Shown: one piece after another, positions 1-11,827 of the stretch
Layout of the letters: the number at the start of each line of letters is the position of its first letter
Numbering within the stretch: the first letter of the stretch is position 1
From: Reclinomonas americana ATCC 50394
Lineage: Eukaryota
DNA: 62,154 nucleotides
Direction: 5' to 3'
NCBI GenBank assembly: GCA_048213135.1
Contig: PS015020.1
Span: forward strand, 80,173 to 142,326
The notes under the pieces: generated by a model
What the model was told of the DNA's origin: nothing
What the model saw: only the letters and a program-made list of their open reading frames with translations
Databases searched by the model: none
Position numbers and translations under genes: made by a program

Positions 1-62
1 TGTGTGTTTGCTCTCTTTGGCTGCTGTCCCCCAGTGATCTAATCCTCTCTCGCACCTCGCAG

Positions 63-1602
63 ACGAATGCATCGCCGCCATGCGCGTGGCCGACGCCAGC
101 GCGGTGGCACAAGGTCTGCTGGCCATCGGGGTCGACATGATGAGCAGCAGTCGACAGCGCGAGCAGTTTGAGAGGACGCTGGCGGAGCTCGCCTTGCGCC
201 TCGCCGACACTGGTCTGTGATACGCACGCTGCCTTTCCACTTTTCTTCTTCTTCTTCCTGCTGCTGACTCTGTCCCCTCCAGCACCGGGCAAGAGAATAG
301 ACCCCGCGCGCCGACTACGAGTGGTCCAGGAGATTGTGGAAACGGAGCGCTCGTACGTCGACGGTTTGTGGATGTTGCACAATGTCTTCAATGTGCCCCT
401 CAAGACGGCCGAGTACTTTGGCGTGCGGTCCGTGTCACGCGAGCGCGCGGCGGCTGCCTTTGCCGGCTTTGAAAACATTCACCGACTGCACTGCTCGCTG
501 CTGGCCTTGCTGGAGGATCGCTTCCGCAAGTGGGATTTGCGGCGGTCGTGCGTCGGCGACCTGTTTGAGGAGACGGTGGAGAGTTTCTGGGCCTACACCG
601 ACTACATCAACCACTACATGCGTGGCCTGACGGCCATTCACGACCTGCGACGCAGCAGCGCCGACTTGGAGCGGTTCATGAAGGTGCGAGGCGAGAGATT
701 GTGTGTCGCTGCTGCCTGCTGCCGTGCCTCACATTATTTGTCTGCCTGTGCAGGAGGTGGAGTTTACGGAGCGCTGCGCGGGCGGCAATTTTGACTCGTT
801 GTACGTGACGCCGATTCAGCGCATTCCACGATATCGCCTCCTTCTGCAGTCGCTGCTCGATGTCACCCCCGCCACGCACCCGGATCACAAGCACGTGGCG
901 CGCGCGCTCGATTCCGTGGCGCGTCTGTGCGAGCAGCTGAATGAGCTGAAGAGACGAGCTGACGACCGCGCCAAGATGATTGAGCTGCAGGAGATTTTGC
1001 ACGACGTGCTGCAAAAGGCGGGGCACGCCGGCAAGCTGGAGAGTGGCGGTCGGACGTTCTTGCTGGAACGGCACTTCACCATGGTGCAGCACCGTGGCAA
1101 GCGACAGCCGGTCACCTGCTACGTCTTCAACGATATGTGCGTCGTCATTACGCGCTCGCGCAGCAGCACCAGCAGCGGCACGAGCGGCCTCTCCAACACT
1201 CCCAAGACCTCCACGCCGATCAAGGCACAAGCACTCGTGACGATTCTGGCGATGAACGAGCTACTGGCCGAGGCCATGGTGCAGAGTGGACGCACGGTGA
1301 AGGTGTGTGGGAGAGGAGGAGGCTGGCAGGAGATGACAACCTTGTTTCTCACTCGACAGTGTTGTTTGGTGTAGGTGGCTCGCACCGATGGTCGCGGTGT
1401 GTTGGAGCTGGAGGCCGACTCGGACGCGGATGCGCAGCAGTTTTTCGCTCGCCTGGTCAGCCTCATGCCCGTGCAGCGCACGTACTCGACACAGTCGGTG
1501 TCGACGCTGCCGGTGAGCACGACAGCACCGAGCTCTTTGACGCCGAGCATGCTTGTGAACGCGGTGTCGCCGCCACCACCCTCGGTGGTTGGCATGATGT
1601 GA
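63..1602 (+). CDS. RhoGEF (DH domain plus PH-like C-terminus), 5'-truncated, 3 introns in window
   Basis: DH motifs RLRVVQEIVETERSYVDGL and YVTPIQRIPRYRLLLQSLL..T..HPDH. GT-AG introns start at 213, 684 and 1303; stop at 1600-1602. Confidence 0.9.
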
Positions 1603-1727
1603 TGCGGAAAGGATGGATGTGGATGTGGAATTGTTAATCGTGGTGTGGCTGTATAAGTACGATTGTTAGAACCTCAAAAGATAATAATGAAGATGAATGA
1701 ATGTGTCGCTCTCTGTCTGTATTGCGT

Positions 1728-4700
1728 CTAGGTAAGGTCGGGCCGCAGTGACCAGCGACCGTTCTGCAGCTTGGCCACACGCTGCAGCATGGCCTTGAAG
1801 AGGGCCTTGTCCTTGCCCATGCTGCCGACACGAGGCTCAAAGTGGTCGATCAGGTCCTGCGTCGGCACGCCCACGGTGCCATGGTCGACCATGAATTGGC
1901 GGATCTCGCCGGCCAGCGTGCTCGGATCCACACTCCACTGCATCCGGGCTGCCGACGTCGCTTGCATGGACTCGACACTGGCAATGGTGGTCTGAGAGAA
2001 TGAGAGAGGGAGACGGAAGAGTCAGCCAGCCATTCGGAAAACATCAATTCTCGGTGACCTTCCGTACCTTTTCCGCCTGCTGCTGATAACCAGCCAACAC
2101 ATCTGCGCTGGTGAGCGATGTCGAACGAGTGCTGCTCAAGCCTCCAGCACCGGCAAACAGTTGGTCGTCCTGGTCGGGAGGGGGGAGAATAACAGGAGTA
2201 AGAATGAAGGAGCAGCGTGGAGAAACGCAAGAACGCCATTGTCGCAACTTGCGACATTGGTGACGGCGTCGACAGGGACGGCGACGGCGAGCTGCTGGTG
2301 CGTGAGATGACCGACGAGTGGACCGGTGGGGCCGAGAACACGGGTGGAGCCACGTGCTTCTGTCCGAATCGCGGACGGTTCGGCGCGCCTGCGGCTCCCG
2401 AGCGACCGGTCCACGTCGGCACTCCCATACCAGCAGAACGCACCGTCTGCCGACTCTGTCGAAGTACAGCAGCCGCCTTTTGTGCGGCCGCTTTCGCTGC
2501 GCGCATCGCGCTCAAAATGTGACTGCCAACGACGACGATGAACAGTGAACACTCACCCTCCATCTCCACAATGATGCGTTCCGGCTGAGCGGCCGTCAAC
2601 ACCTTGTCGTGTGAGACGACAGAGTGCACACTGTTGCCCTCGAGAATGCGCTTGAGAATGTTGGTTTCGTTGGCCGCCGCCGATTTCCTGTGCGCACACA
2701 GTCAGCGTCAATAACTTACCTCAGTCCTCGACCAATCACCACTCAACTTGGAGGAAGCCTTCTTCTCCAGCGGTGCACCTCCATCCACGCTTGCAGCTGC
2801 CTTTTCTCCTCCTTCGCCCTCCTCACCTTCATCACTGCACGGCAACCCCGAAAAGATCAACAAACACTGACGACCGGTGCGAGGTGATGTGAGACGCAGG
2901 CCACGCACCCGACGTACTCCTCCACAGCACACACCCCGGCCACTTGCGCCACACCATCCGTATCGTTGGCTGGCCGACGGAATACGGCCGCACTCGCCTC
3001 CATGGCGGCCATTGCACGACTCACGGCCTCGGCTCGTCTCTTCTGCTCCACTTCCCGATGGTAGCCAGGTCGACGTGGAGCACGCGGTCCACGCGGCTTG
3101 GCGGCTTCTGCACTGGCCGCTGCGTCGCCACTGCCGTCGTCCTTTTTCTTGGTAGACGGAACCCATGACGTTGCGACATAATCTTCCGCCGCCTCCACTG
3201 CACCTCCTCCACCAGGCGGTTCAATCTCCTGCACATCCGGCACCTCCATGTCTGCTGCTGCTTCCTCTTCCTCCTCCTCTACCGCCGCCGCCGCCGCCGC
3301 CGCAGCCGCATGCCGCTCGGACATGCGCACCGAGCGTAGACTTGAGCGAATGGCTGTGGAGGGAGGGGTGATAAGAGATCAGAAGCCTGCACAGCACTGA
3401 CTGCCGATCGCACCTTCCTCGACTTGATCGTCCTCTCCCGACGAGTCGTCGGAATCGAGCTTGACACCGGCTTCCTCCAGCAGCTTGCTTGTCTCCGTCT
3501 TGTCGTCGTACTGCGTGCCGAGGGTGAACAGATCACGAATGTCGTGCGACTCAAAGATGCGCTTCTGTCGCGGGTCGTCCAGGATTTTCTCCGTCAAGAA
3601 GTGCTTGAAGATCTGTCGATGGTACATCTTCTCCTCGATGGTGCCGGCGGTGACCAGTCGGTAGATGGTCACATCGCGTCGCTGACCCAGTCGCCAGGCG
3701 CGCTCACGTGCCTGCATGTCCACCGATGGATTCTGCCGACGAGAACACAAGAGGGGTCAGCGACACGCGTGTGAGCCAAACGTCGACGCGCAGAAGCATA
3801 CCCAGTCGGGATCGTAGAGAATGACGCGATTGGCGCCGGTAAGATTGATGCCAAGACCACCCACACGGGTGGTGAGCAGAAACACCTGGATAGAGTCGTC
3901 GTTGTTGAACTCGTCGACCAGAGGAATGCGCTGGCCAATGGGCGTGTCACCATCCATTCGCCGGAACGAGTAGCCGGCGCGCGCCACCATCAATTGCAGA
4001 ATGTCGAGCATCTGCTTGGTCTGCGAGAACAGCAGGATGCGATGCTTCTCTTCGGTCCACAGACGCAGCAGTTCGCGCACGACCACCATTTTCCCGGAGC
4101 GCTCAGGCTTGCCGTACTTGTGCGGCTGCGAGCACTCAAAAGAGTGAGTGACCTGTGCAGAGAGAATCAAGCATATGCGGAAGCAAACCAGCGCCATGCG
4201 ACTCTCGAGGTACAGCAGGTCGGGATGGTTGCAGATCTTGCGCAGCACGGTGAGAGCGTGGAAAATCTTGTATCTGCCCTCCAGCACGTCCTCGACTTCC
4301 TTTGATTGCAGATACTCGCGATAGATGCCGGCCTGATGGTCGGTGAGCTTGCAGAAGAGCACCTGTCGGTGCGATGAGAGTGAGACATGCGTGTGATGAG
4401 CAATGACTGCTCGCTGCACTGCACAAACCTGCTCGTTCTTCTGCGGTAATTGCGACAAGACGTCCTTTTTCACACGTCGCAGCAGGTACGGATTGATCAG
4501 ATCGCGCAACACCAGCGCACACTTGTAGGCCACTTGCACTTGCTTGAAGGTGGCGTTGGAGAAGCCGCCGAGTGAAATCGGAATGGCAAATTNNNNNNNN
4601 NNNNNNNNNNNNNNNNNNNNNNNNNNNNNNNNNNNNNNNNNNNNNNNNNNNNNNNNNNNNNNNNNNNNNNNNNNNNNNNNNNNNNNNNNNNNNNNNNNNN

Positions 4701-7700
4701 NNNNNNNNNNNNNNNNNNNNNNNNNNNNNNNNNNNNNNNNNNNNNNNNNNNNNNNNNNNNNNNNNNNNNNNNNNNNNNNNNNNNNNNNNNNNNNNNNNNN
4801 NNNNNNNNNNNNNNNNNNNNNNNNNNNNNNNNNNNNNNNNNNNNNNNNNNNNNNNNNNNNNNNNNNNNNNNNNNNNNNNNNNNNNNNNNNNNNNNNNNNN
4901 NNNNNNNNNNNNNNNNNNNNNNNNNNNNNNNNNNNNNNNNNNNNNNNNNNNNNNNNNNNNNNNNNNNNNNNNNNNNNNNNNNNNNNNNNNNNNNNNNNNN
5001 NNNNNNNNNNNNNNNNNNNNNNNNNNNNNNNNNNNNNNNNNNNNNNNNNNNNNNNNNNNNNNNNNNNNNNNNNNNNNNNNNNNNNNNNNNNNNNNNNNNN
5101 NNNNNNNNNNNNNNNNNNNNNNNNNNNNNNNNNNNNNNNNNNNNNNNNNNNNNNNNNNNNNNNNNNNNNNNNNNNNNNNNNNNNNNNNNNNNNNNNNNNN
5201 NNNNNNNNNNNNNNNNNNNNNCGCGCTCAAACACCGGCAGGGTCTGCAGGAGCACAAGGAGGGGCTCAGCCGATGACAACGAGTGACTCTCATCGCTCAC
5301 CAAACGTACCCCCAGCTTTCCGGGAAACACAAAGTCGAAGAGAGACCACAGCTCGCGCAGGTTGTTCTGGATTGGCGAGCCCGACAGGATGATGCGATGC
5401 GGCGACTGTTGTTGCAAGTGAGTTGGCAAGACACAGACGTGATGGGACTACGCATGACAACACACCTGAAACTGCTTGCAGGCAATCGTTGTTTCGGCAT
5501 CTGGGTTGCGAATGCGATGACCCTCGTCGAGGATGACGTACGACCACGGCTGCGAGTGCAGCAACTCCGACTGGATGCGCACAGCTTCGTAGGTGGTCAC
5601 TAGCACACCCTCTGCACATCAGCTGTGCGTGAGTCGACGAGCATAGACGTGCCACAGGCACCGACAAGCGACGCACCCGACTTGATAGTGGACCGAATCA
5701 CCTCGCGGTGTGTCATGCCCTTGCGTGACGCAGACGAACTGCCGTGCAACACGTTGACACGAAAGGCCGGAGCCCACGTGTGCAGTTCTCGCACCCACTG
5801 CTTGATGATCTGCAGCAAAGGCGTGGAAGTGAGACTGAGCGATGGCACGGAATGGAGCGGCGCTACAATCCCCAACCGTGGCCGGGCAGGCAATGAGCAC
5901 GGGGCCGGCCAGACCACTGCGCTTGAGCGCACTGAGGAATGCCGACACTTGCACGGTCTTGCCGAGACCCTGTTACGAGGCAAGTGAGCGACTNNNNNNN
6001 NNNNNNNNNNNNNNNNNNNNNNNNNNNNNNNNNNNNNNNNNNNNNNNNNNNNNNNNNNNNNNNNNNNNNNNNNNNNNNNNNNNNNNNNNNNNNNNNNNNN
6101 NNNNNNNNNNNNNNNNNNNNNNNNNNNNNNNNNNNNNNNNNNNNNNNNNNNNNNNNNNNNNNNNNNNNNNNNNNNNNNNNNNNNNNNNNNNNNNNNNNNN
6201 NNNNNNNNNNNNNNNNNNNNNNNNNNNNNNNNNNNNNNNNNNNNNNNNNNNNNNNNNNNNNNNNNNNNNNNNNNNNNNNNNNNNNNNNNNNNNNNNNNNN
6301 NNNNNNNNNNNNNNNNNNNNNNNNNNNNNNNNNNNNNNNNNNNNNNNNNNNNNNNNNNNNNNNNNNNNNNNNNNNNNNNNNNNNNNNNNNNNNNNNNNNA
6401 GAGTCGCACTGCCAGTGGCCATCGAAACACACACCATTTCGTCGCCAATGATGCCGCCTGCATTCTGACAATGCAACTCCCACATCCATTGCACACCTGC
6501 GGCGCGCAGCGAGTGAACACACAGCGACAAGTGATCTCCGACGACCAATGCCTCTCTCTCTCTCTCACCAGTCCGCTGGTACTCAAACAGCGAATCGAAC
6601 GTCTGCTTACTGATGCGAAGTCCCCCTTCAAACACCACATCGTCGTCATCGTCGTCGCCAATCTGCTCCTCGTCCCCATCTTCCAGTTCCACCATTTCCT
6701 CCTCCTCCTCGTCCTCTTCCTCCTCCTCTTCTTCGTCGCGCATATCTGCATCGTGCTGACCGCTGCCACTGCCTGCCGCAACAGCGGCAAACGATCTCTC
6801 CAGTTTGCGCCGAGCAGCTGCTGCCGAGCCTCCCTTCTTCTTGCGTTTCGCTCTCTTCTCCACTGCAGCATCGTCGGCGTCGTCCACGTCAATGGCTCTT
6901 TCAGGGGCGCGTTTCTTCCGACGCTTGCGCTGCGGACTGCCGTTCGCCTTGTCCAGCAACAGACGTGCACGCTTGCGGCTGTCCAGACGCAGTGTCACCA
7001 GTTCACTGTCGGAGGCTGGATCGTCGGGGTCGAATTCGTTGCGCAGTGACACGGTGTTGACGGCGCCAGTGCGGTTGTGTAGTCCCATGGTGGGAAGGAA
7101 GCCAGTGCGTGCAACCTCCGCGGCTGCACGATGTGTGAATACACACTGCGTGCAGACGAGGAGCGAGGGTGGGGATTACCTTTCTCCTTCAGGTGCGCCG
7201 TTTGTACCTGCACCGCGGCAGGTCCCTTGTTGGGATTCGCATCCGGCAGCACCAGACTGCGCAGCCGATCCGACATGGTTGAACTGCCGCTTGCTGCTGA
7301 TGCAGTGGTGGTGGTCGTCGTCGTTGTTGTCGTTGTGGTGGTGGACGTGGACGATGAATCCTCCGCAGAATGAGCAAAGGGCGTGACAAGACCGCGGCGA
7401 ACGCGACTCTCGCGCTCCGCGTTGCCACCGGGGACTGCGTGGAGGAGTGTCAGAAGATGTACAGCGCGCGAGACGGAAACGACAGAACTGTTGCCACGAG
7501 CGAGCTCACGCTGCTGCGCAAACACACGACGCATGCCGGCCTCCTTGCGCTGCAACTTGTCGACCTTTTCACGCTGCAGAAATCGTGGGTGAGTGAGCCA
7601 AGCGGGCCAGCAGGCGACTGATCAACACTCACCGTGGTCTTGAGCTGCGCTTGCAGCTGCCGCATGGTGTTGGCATCGGGTTTGCCGCTCAGCATCTTCT

Positions 7701-8156
7701 CGAGTCGCGCCAGGTACTGCACGCAAAGCAACGCGTCAGACTGTGGAAAGAGAGGAGAGAGAGAAGCAGGATGGCAGGTCGGACTCACTGTCTCCGCGGC
7801 CTCGCGCTCCTTGCGCACGGCACCCACATGCTTCTCTTCACGCGCCGCATCCGCCGCGTCCAGCTTCTCATCCATCTGTGCACGGGATAAGCTGACAAGA
7901 TCACTCTGCACATCGTCAGATCGCCACTCACCTGCTGTCGCACAGAGCTCTCCACGTCCTCCACTCGCACCGCATTCACTCCCAGCATGGACAGCACGCG
8001 ATCAGACGAGGCATCGTTCTTTGAGGCATCATCGACTCCATCATCTTGCGGTGCTCCTGCTGCGCCTGTCGGCTGGATGACACCCTCGCGTCGCAAACGA
8101 AGGAACTCGCGCAGGGAAACACTCCCACGTGGCGCAGGAAGCCCGTCGTCCTCCAT
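1728..8156 (-). CDS. ERCC6: CSB/ERCC6/Rad26 SNF2-family ATPase (transcription-coupled repair), multi-exon, spans two gaps
   Basis: [92 protein letters not shown], the CSB motif [15 protein letters not shown], and a C-terminal winged-helix-like end ([20 protein letters not shown]). Confidence 0.95.
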
Positions 8157-8317
8157 TCTCTCCCACGAAAGATCGAATCGAGATTTGATCGTTGCCGGCG
8201 GTCGATGTCGACTTGCGCACACGGAGCTTCGGAGACAACACCGTAAGGGCTCTAGATCTGTGCTACGCGAACGGACGCAGGGAGAAACGCACTTTGCTCT
8301 TGTTTATGTACATTTTT

Positions 8318-9352
8318 CTACCTGCCAAACCTCTGATCGCACTTGGCGTACGCCACCAATGCCTCCTGCAAGTGGATCGGCCCGAACGTCGCCAGATCGC
8401 GGGAGAACCTGTCGCGCAGGCGCATATGAGACTCACCCTCTGCACAGAACATGTACAGGTGGGACCCACACGCAACGCGATCTCCGCCAGTCGGAGATGT
8501 AGTGGCGGAAAGCCGAGCACCGAAGGCACACCATCGGTGAGCGCCACGAGCAGATCGACATCCTCGAAGCCCAAGTTGAGTTGCCGCATGAGGTCCACAC
8601 TCTGCAGAGCCGGTGCTCGTCGGCCCTCCGCCTGCAACAGCGAAGAACACAGTCAGTCACATGCCGACGTTCTCTGTCCGTGTCGACGGTCACCTCTGCG
8701 GCCATTCCCTGCGCCACCATCTCCACCGCTCGCTGCTTCGAGTGGCGACAGTTGATGCACACCACCGACACCGATGCCAGTCCCGTGGCTGCGGCCACCA
8801 AGGCCGTGATCCTCTGCGACGCGGTCTCCAGCTGCTCCACACTCGTGTTCTCCTCGTGCGCGTACAAGACAACAATCTTCACGCCCGCGTACGCTGCCCA
8901 CGAGCACACATCCACCAGACGCTGTGTGAGAGGAGCTGTGCTCGCGGCGGTAGGCTGGCACAGAGGCTGCAGAGGGGCGATGGAGGGCAGCACAAAGGCG
9001 AGCGTGGCGGGCACCTTGTCCAGCGAGGCGCGCAGTGTGCGGAAGCGCACGATGCTCGGGTCTTCAGAGGAGCCGGGGATGGGCGCGAAACGGTTGCGAT
9101 GCAGTGCCTGTGACACGTGTGTGTTTGTGAGGCAAAGAAGGGAAGAGAAAAGAGTGTGCAAGAGAGAGGGAGAGAGAGTGCATGCCTCGCTGATGCGTCC
9201 CCACAGTCGCCAGCATTGATGACAGAGCCAGTAGACGACAAAGCCAAGCACCCATAACAGGGCAAAGGGCGACAGCCTCTGCCACCACTTGCTCAGCTGC
9301 TGTCTCATGTGATTGTCGTAGGACACTTTTAAGTCGCAACGCTTTCACTCAT
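8318..9352 (-). CDS. NUS1: NUS1/NgBR cis-prenyltransferase subunit (start codon uncertain: 9308 or 9352)
   Basis: N-terminal TM segment, LDKVPATLAFVL, WAAYAGVKIVVLY, DVDLLV..GFPPLHLRLAEI, and C-terminal YAKCDQRFGR* carrying the RxG motif. Confidence 0.85.
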
Positions 9353-9887
9353 CAAACACGCCCCACTGTGGACGCTGTGGGGCGGCCGCAGCACCTCCNN
9401 NNNNNNNNNNNNNNNNNNNNNNNNNNNNNNNNNNNNNNNNNNNNNNNNNNNNNNNNNNNNNNNNNNNNNNNNNNNNNNNNNNNNNNNNNNNNNNNNNNNN
9501 NNNNNNNNNNNNNNNNNNNNNNNNNNNNNNNNNNNNNNNNNNNNNNNNNNNNNNNNNNNNNNNNNNNNNNNNNNNNNNNNNNNNNNNNNNNNNNNNNNNN
9601 NNNNNNNNNNNNNNNNNNNNNNNNNNNNNNNNNNNNNNNNNNNNNNNNNNNNNNNNNNNNNNNNNNNNNNNNNNNNNNNNNNNNNNNNNNNNNNNNNNNN
9701 NNNNNNNNNNNNNNNNNNNNNNNNNNNNNNNNNNNNNNNNNNNNNNNNNNNNNNNNNNNNNNNNNNNNNNNNNNNNNNNNNNNNNNNNNNNNNNNNNNNN
9801 NNNNNNNNNNNNNNNNNNNNNNNNNNNNNNNNNNNNNNNNNNNNNNNNNNNNNNNNNNNNNNNNNNNNNNNNNNNNNNNNNNNNNNN

Positions 9888-11395
9888 TTCTTCTTCCGCC
9901 TCCACTTCTGCCTGGTGATGCCTGGCTCGGTCGATGCTGAGCAGGCGACGTTTGACGTTCATGCCGTGCGCCACGACCACCGAGGAGACCTGCGCGACAA
10001 TCTCCAAGTCGGACCACAGCAGGCAACGCAGAGGCTCCAGCTCGGCGTTGATGGCAATGTGCGTGGCCAGCGAGTCCTCAACGAGCAGCTCCTCCGGTGC
10101 ACCGGGCAGTTCGTGCAGGGTGAACGAGTCGACGACGGCGAGCAGCAGTGGCTGCCAGTCGCGGAAGCGGTTGCGATCGACGACGAGCTTGCCGACGGAG
10201 CTGTTCTCGCGCAGCGCTTCGCCGAGCACCGCAATGTCCTTGTCGACCAGCATGTTGCGGGCCAGCGACAGGAAACGCAACGAGGCCGTGTAGCGCAAGG
10301 TGTCGGCCAGAGCGCCGACCGTTCGTCCCGACAGCGCCTGGTCTGCAGCGAGAGAGGGCGAAGTCAGGGAGGTAGTGACAAGGCGAGCTGTAGTTGTCGC
10401 CAGCCAACGCACCGAGAATGAGCTCCTCCAACGACGTGCTCTTTTCGACCGACTGCAGGAACGACTCGGCGACGGCGGGATTCGCTCGCAGTACTGCGCA
10501 AAGAAGGTGAGGGAATGTGTGGCGCACATGCGTGTGTCAGAAGGCCGGGAATGACCTTGCGAGTCGGTGAGGTTGAGTACGCACAGACGCGACGGCCCCT
10601 CTGCCAACGCCACCACCGATCGCCGCGACTGCTCCAACACGCGTCCAAGAGCCCCAAACGCCGCCACCGGCAGCTCCAGCGACGCCAGATCCAAGCGCAG
10701 CAGGGTTCCGTTGTTGCCGAGACCCTGCGACGATTGAGCACGTACACAAACACAGCGGGCAGGTACATGTACAGTACCTCCTCGATTGCCTCGCACAACT
10801 CGCGCGTCTCGACGGCGCTGCAGCCGCGACACGAGTTCCCCGGTCCGCTCAGACTCAACGTGAACAGCGTCGTCTGCGCCCGCAGTGCCCGGAACACCGC
10901 AGCGATGCCACGACACGCCAGTCGATTGCGATCCAGATGCAACACGCGCAAGTGGACAAGTCCCCGCAGCGTGGCATCCACGAATTCGGCACTGCCCACC
11001 AGCACATTCTCATGCAACGAGAGAATACGCACAGGATGGTGTGCGCACAGGTGAACCAAGTCGATCCCACTGGCATCATTGATCTGTTCATCGGAAGATC
11101 ATGAGGCCCAAATACAGGTCGTCGCGTGTCAGCTCGACCTCAGCGAAACTTTTCTTCGTTGCAGGCTCACGCGACTAATACGCCCTTCTCCGTCCTCCTC
11201 GTCTTCTGGTGTGCTCAGCAGTGCGCGAAGGCGATCCAAGTCGGCACACTCGGCAATCTCCTTTTCGCGCGTGGAGAACGCGAGCTGCGTGTGCGCCTCG
11301 CGTGAGCGGAGGAGAGCGCGCGTGCTCGCCGACGCACTGGTGCTCTCGCCCGTTGCATCAACGTCCATGGGAGACGCCGCTCCCTCGTCGCTCAT
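9888..11395 (-). CDS. RNI-like leucine-rich repeat protein; 3' end runs into a gap
   Basis: Repeated LxxLxLxxN units (LRVLHLDRNRL, LRFLSLARNMLVDKDIAVLGEALRENSSVGKLVVDRNRF); ATG at 11395. Confidence 0.75.
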
Positions 11396-11827
11396 GTTGT
11401 GAAAGAAAAATTTGTCCTGCGAGAGATACCGCGCAATGCAGCGACGCTTGCACGTGTACCTGCCTGTATGTTGCATTTATACTGCTGGTGGCGTGTGTTG
11501 CGTGTCTTGTTCGTGCTCAGGAGAGCTTCCAGTTGCAACGTCGACGTCGTCAATGCATTGTTGTGCTCGACGCAGCGGTTGCGCACAAGACAACTGCGCG
11601 CTCTTTGTAATACACTGCGCATTACACTATTCCCCCAGCTGTACGGAGAGCGTGTTCTCTGTGAGAACATCGGCGATCGACGTCGCGAAGTAACGGATAC
11701 GTGTGACGCAAAATCAAGCAATCAGCACTATCACGCGCACACACACTCTCCTCTCTCTGTGTGTGTCTGTCTGTCTGTCTGTCTCTTAGTGTGTGTGTCT
11801 GCGCTCGAGCGTCTGTGACTTGCAGTC

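Noticed and set aside
2710-2722. ACTTACCT resembling the U1 snRNA 5' end
   Set aside because: It is the reverse complement of a CSB intron donor (AG|GTAAGT).
4592-5221. 630-N gap as a hidden insertion in CSB (e.g. PGBD3-like)
   Set aside because: The flanks join codon-perfectly (..GAG CGC G|AA TTT.. = ERE-FAIP). Nothing visible supports an element, and gap sizes here are unreliable.
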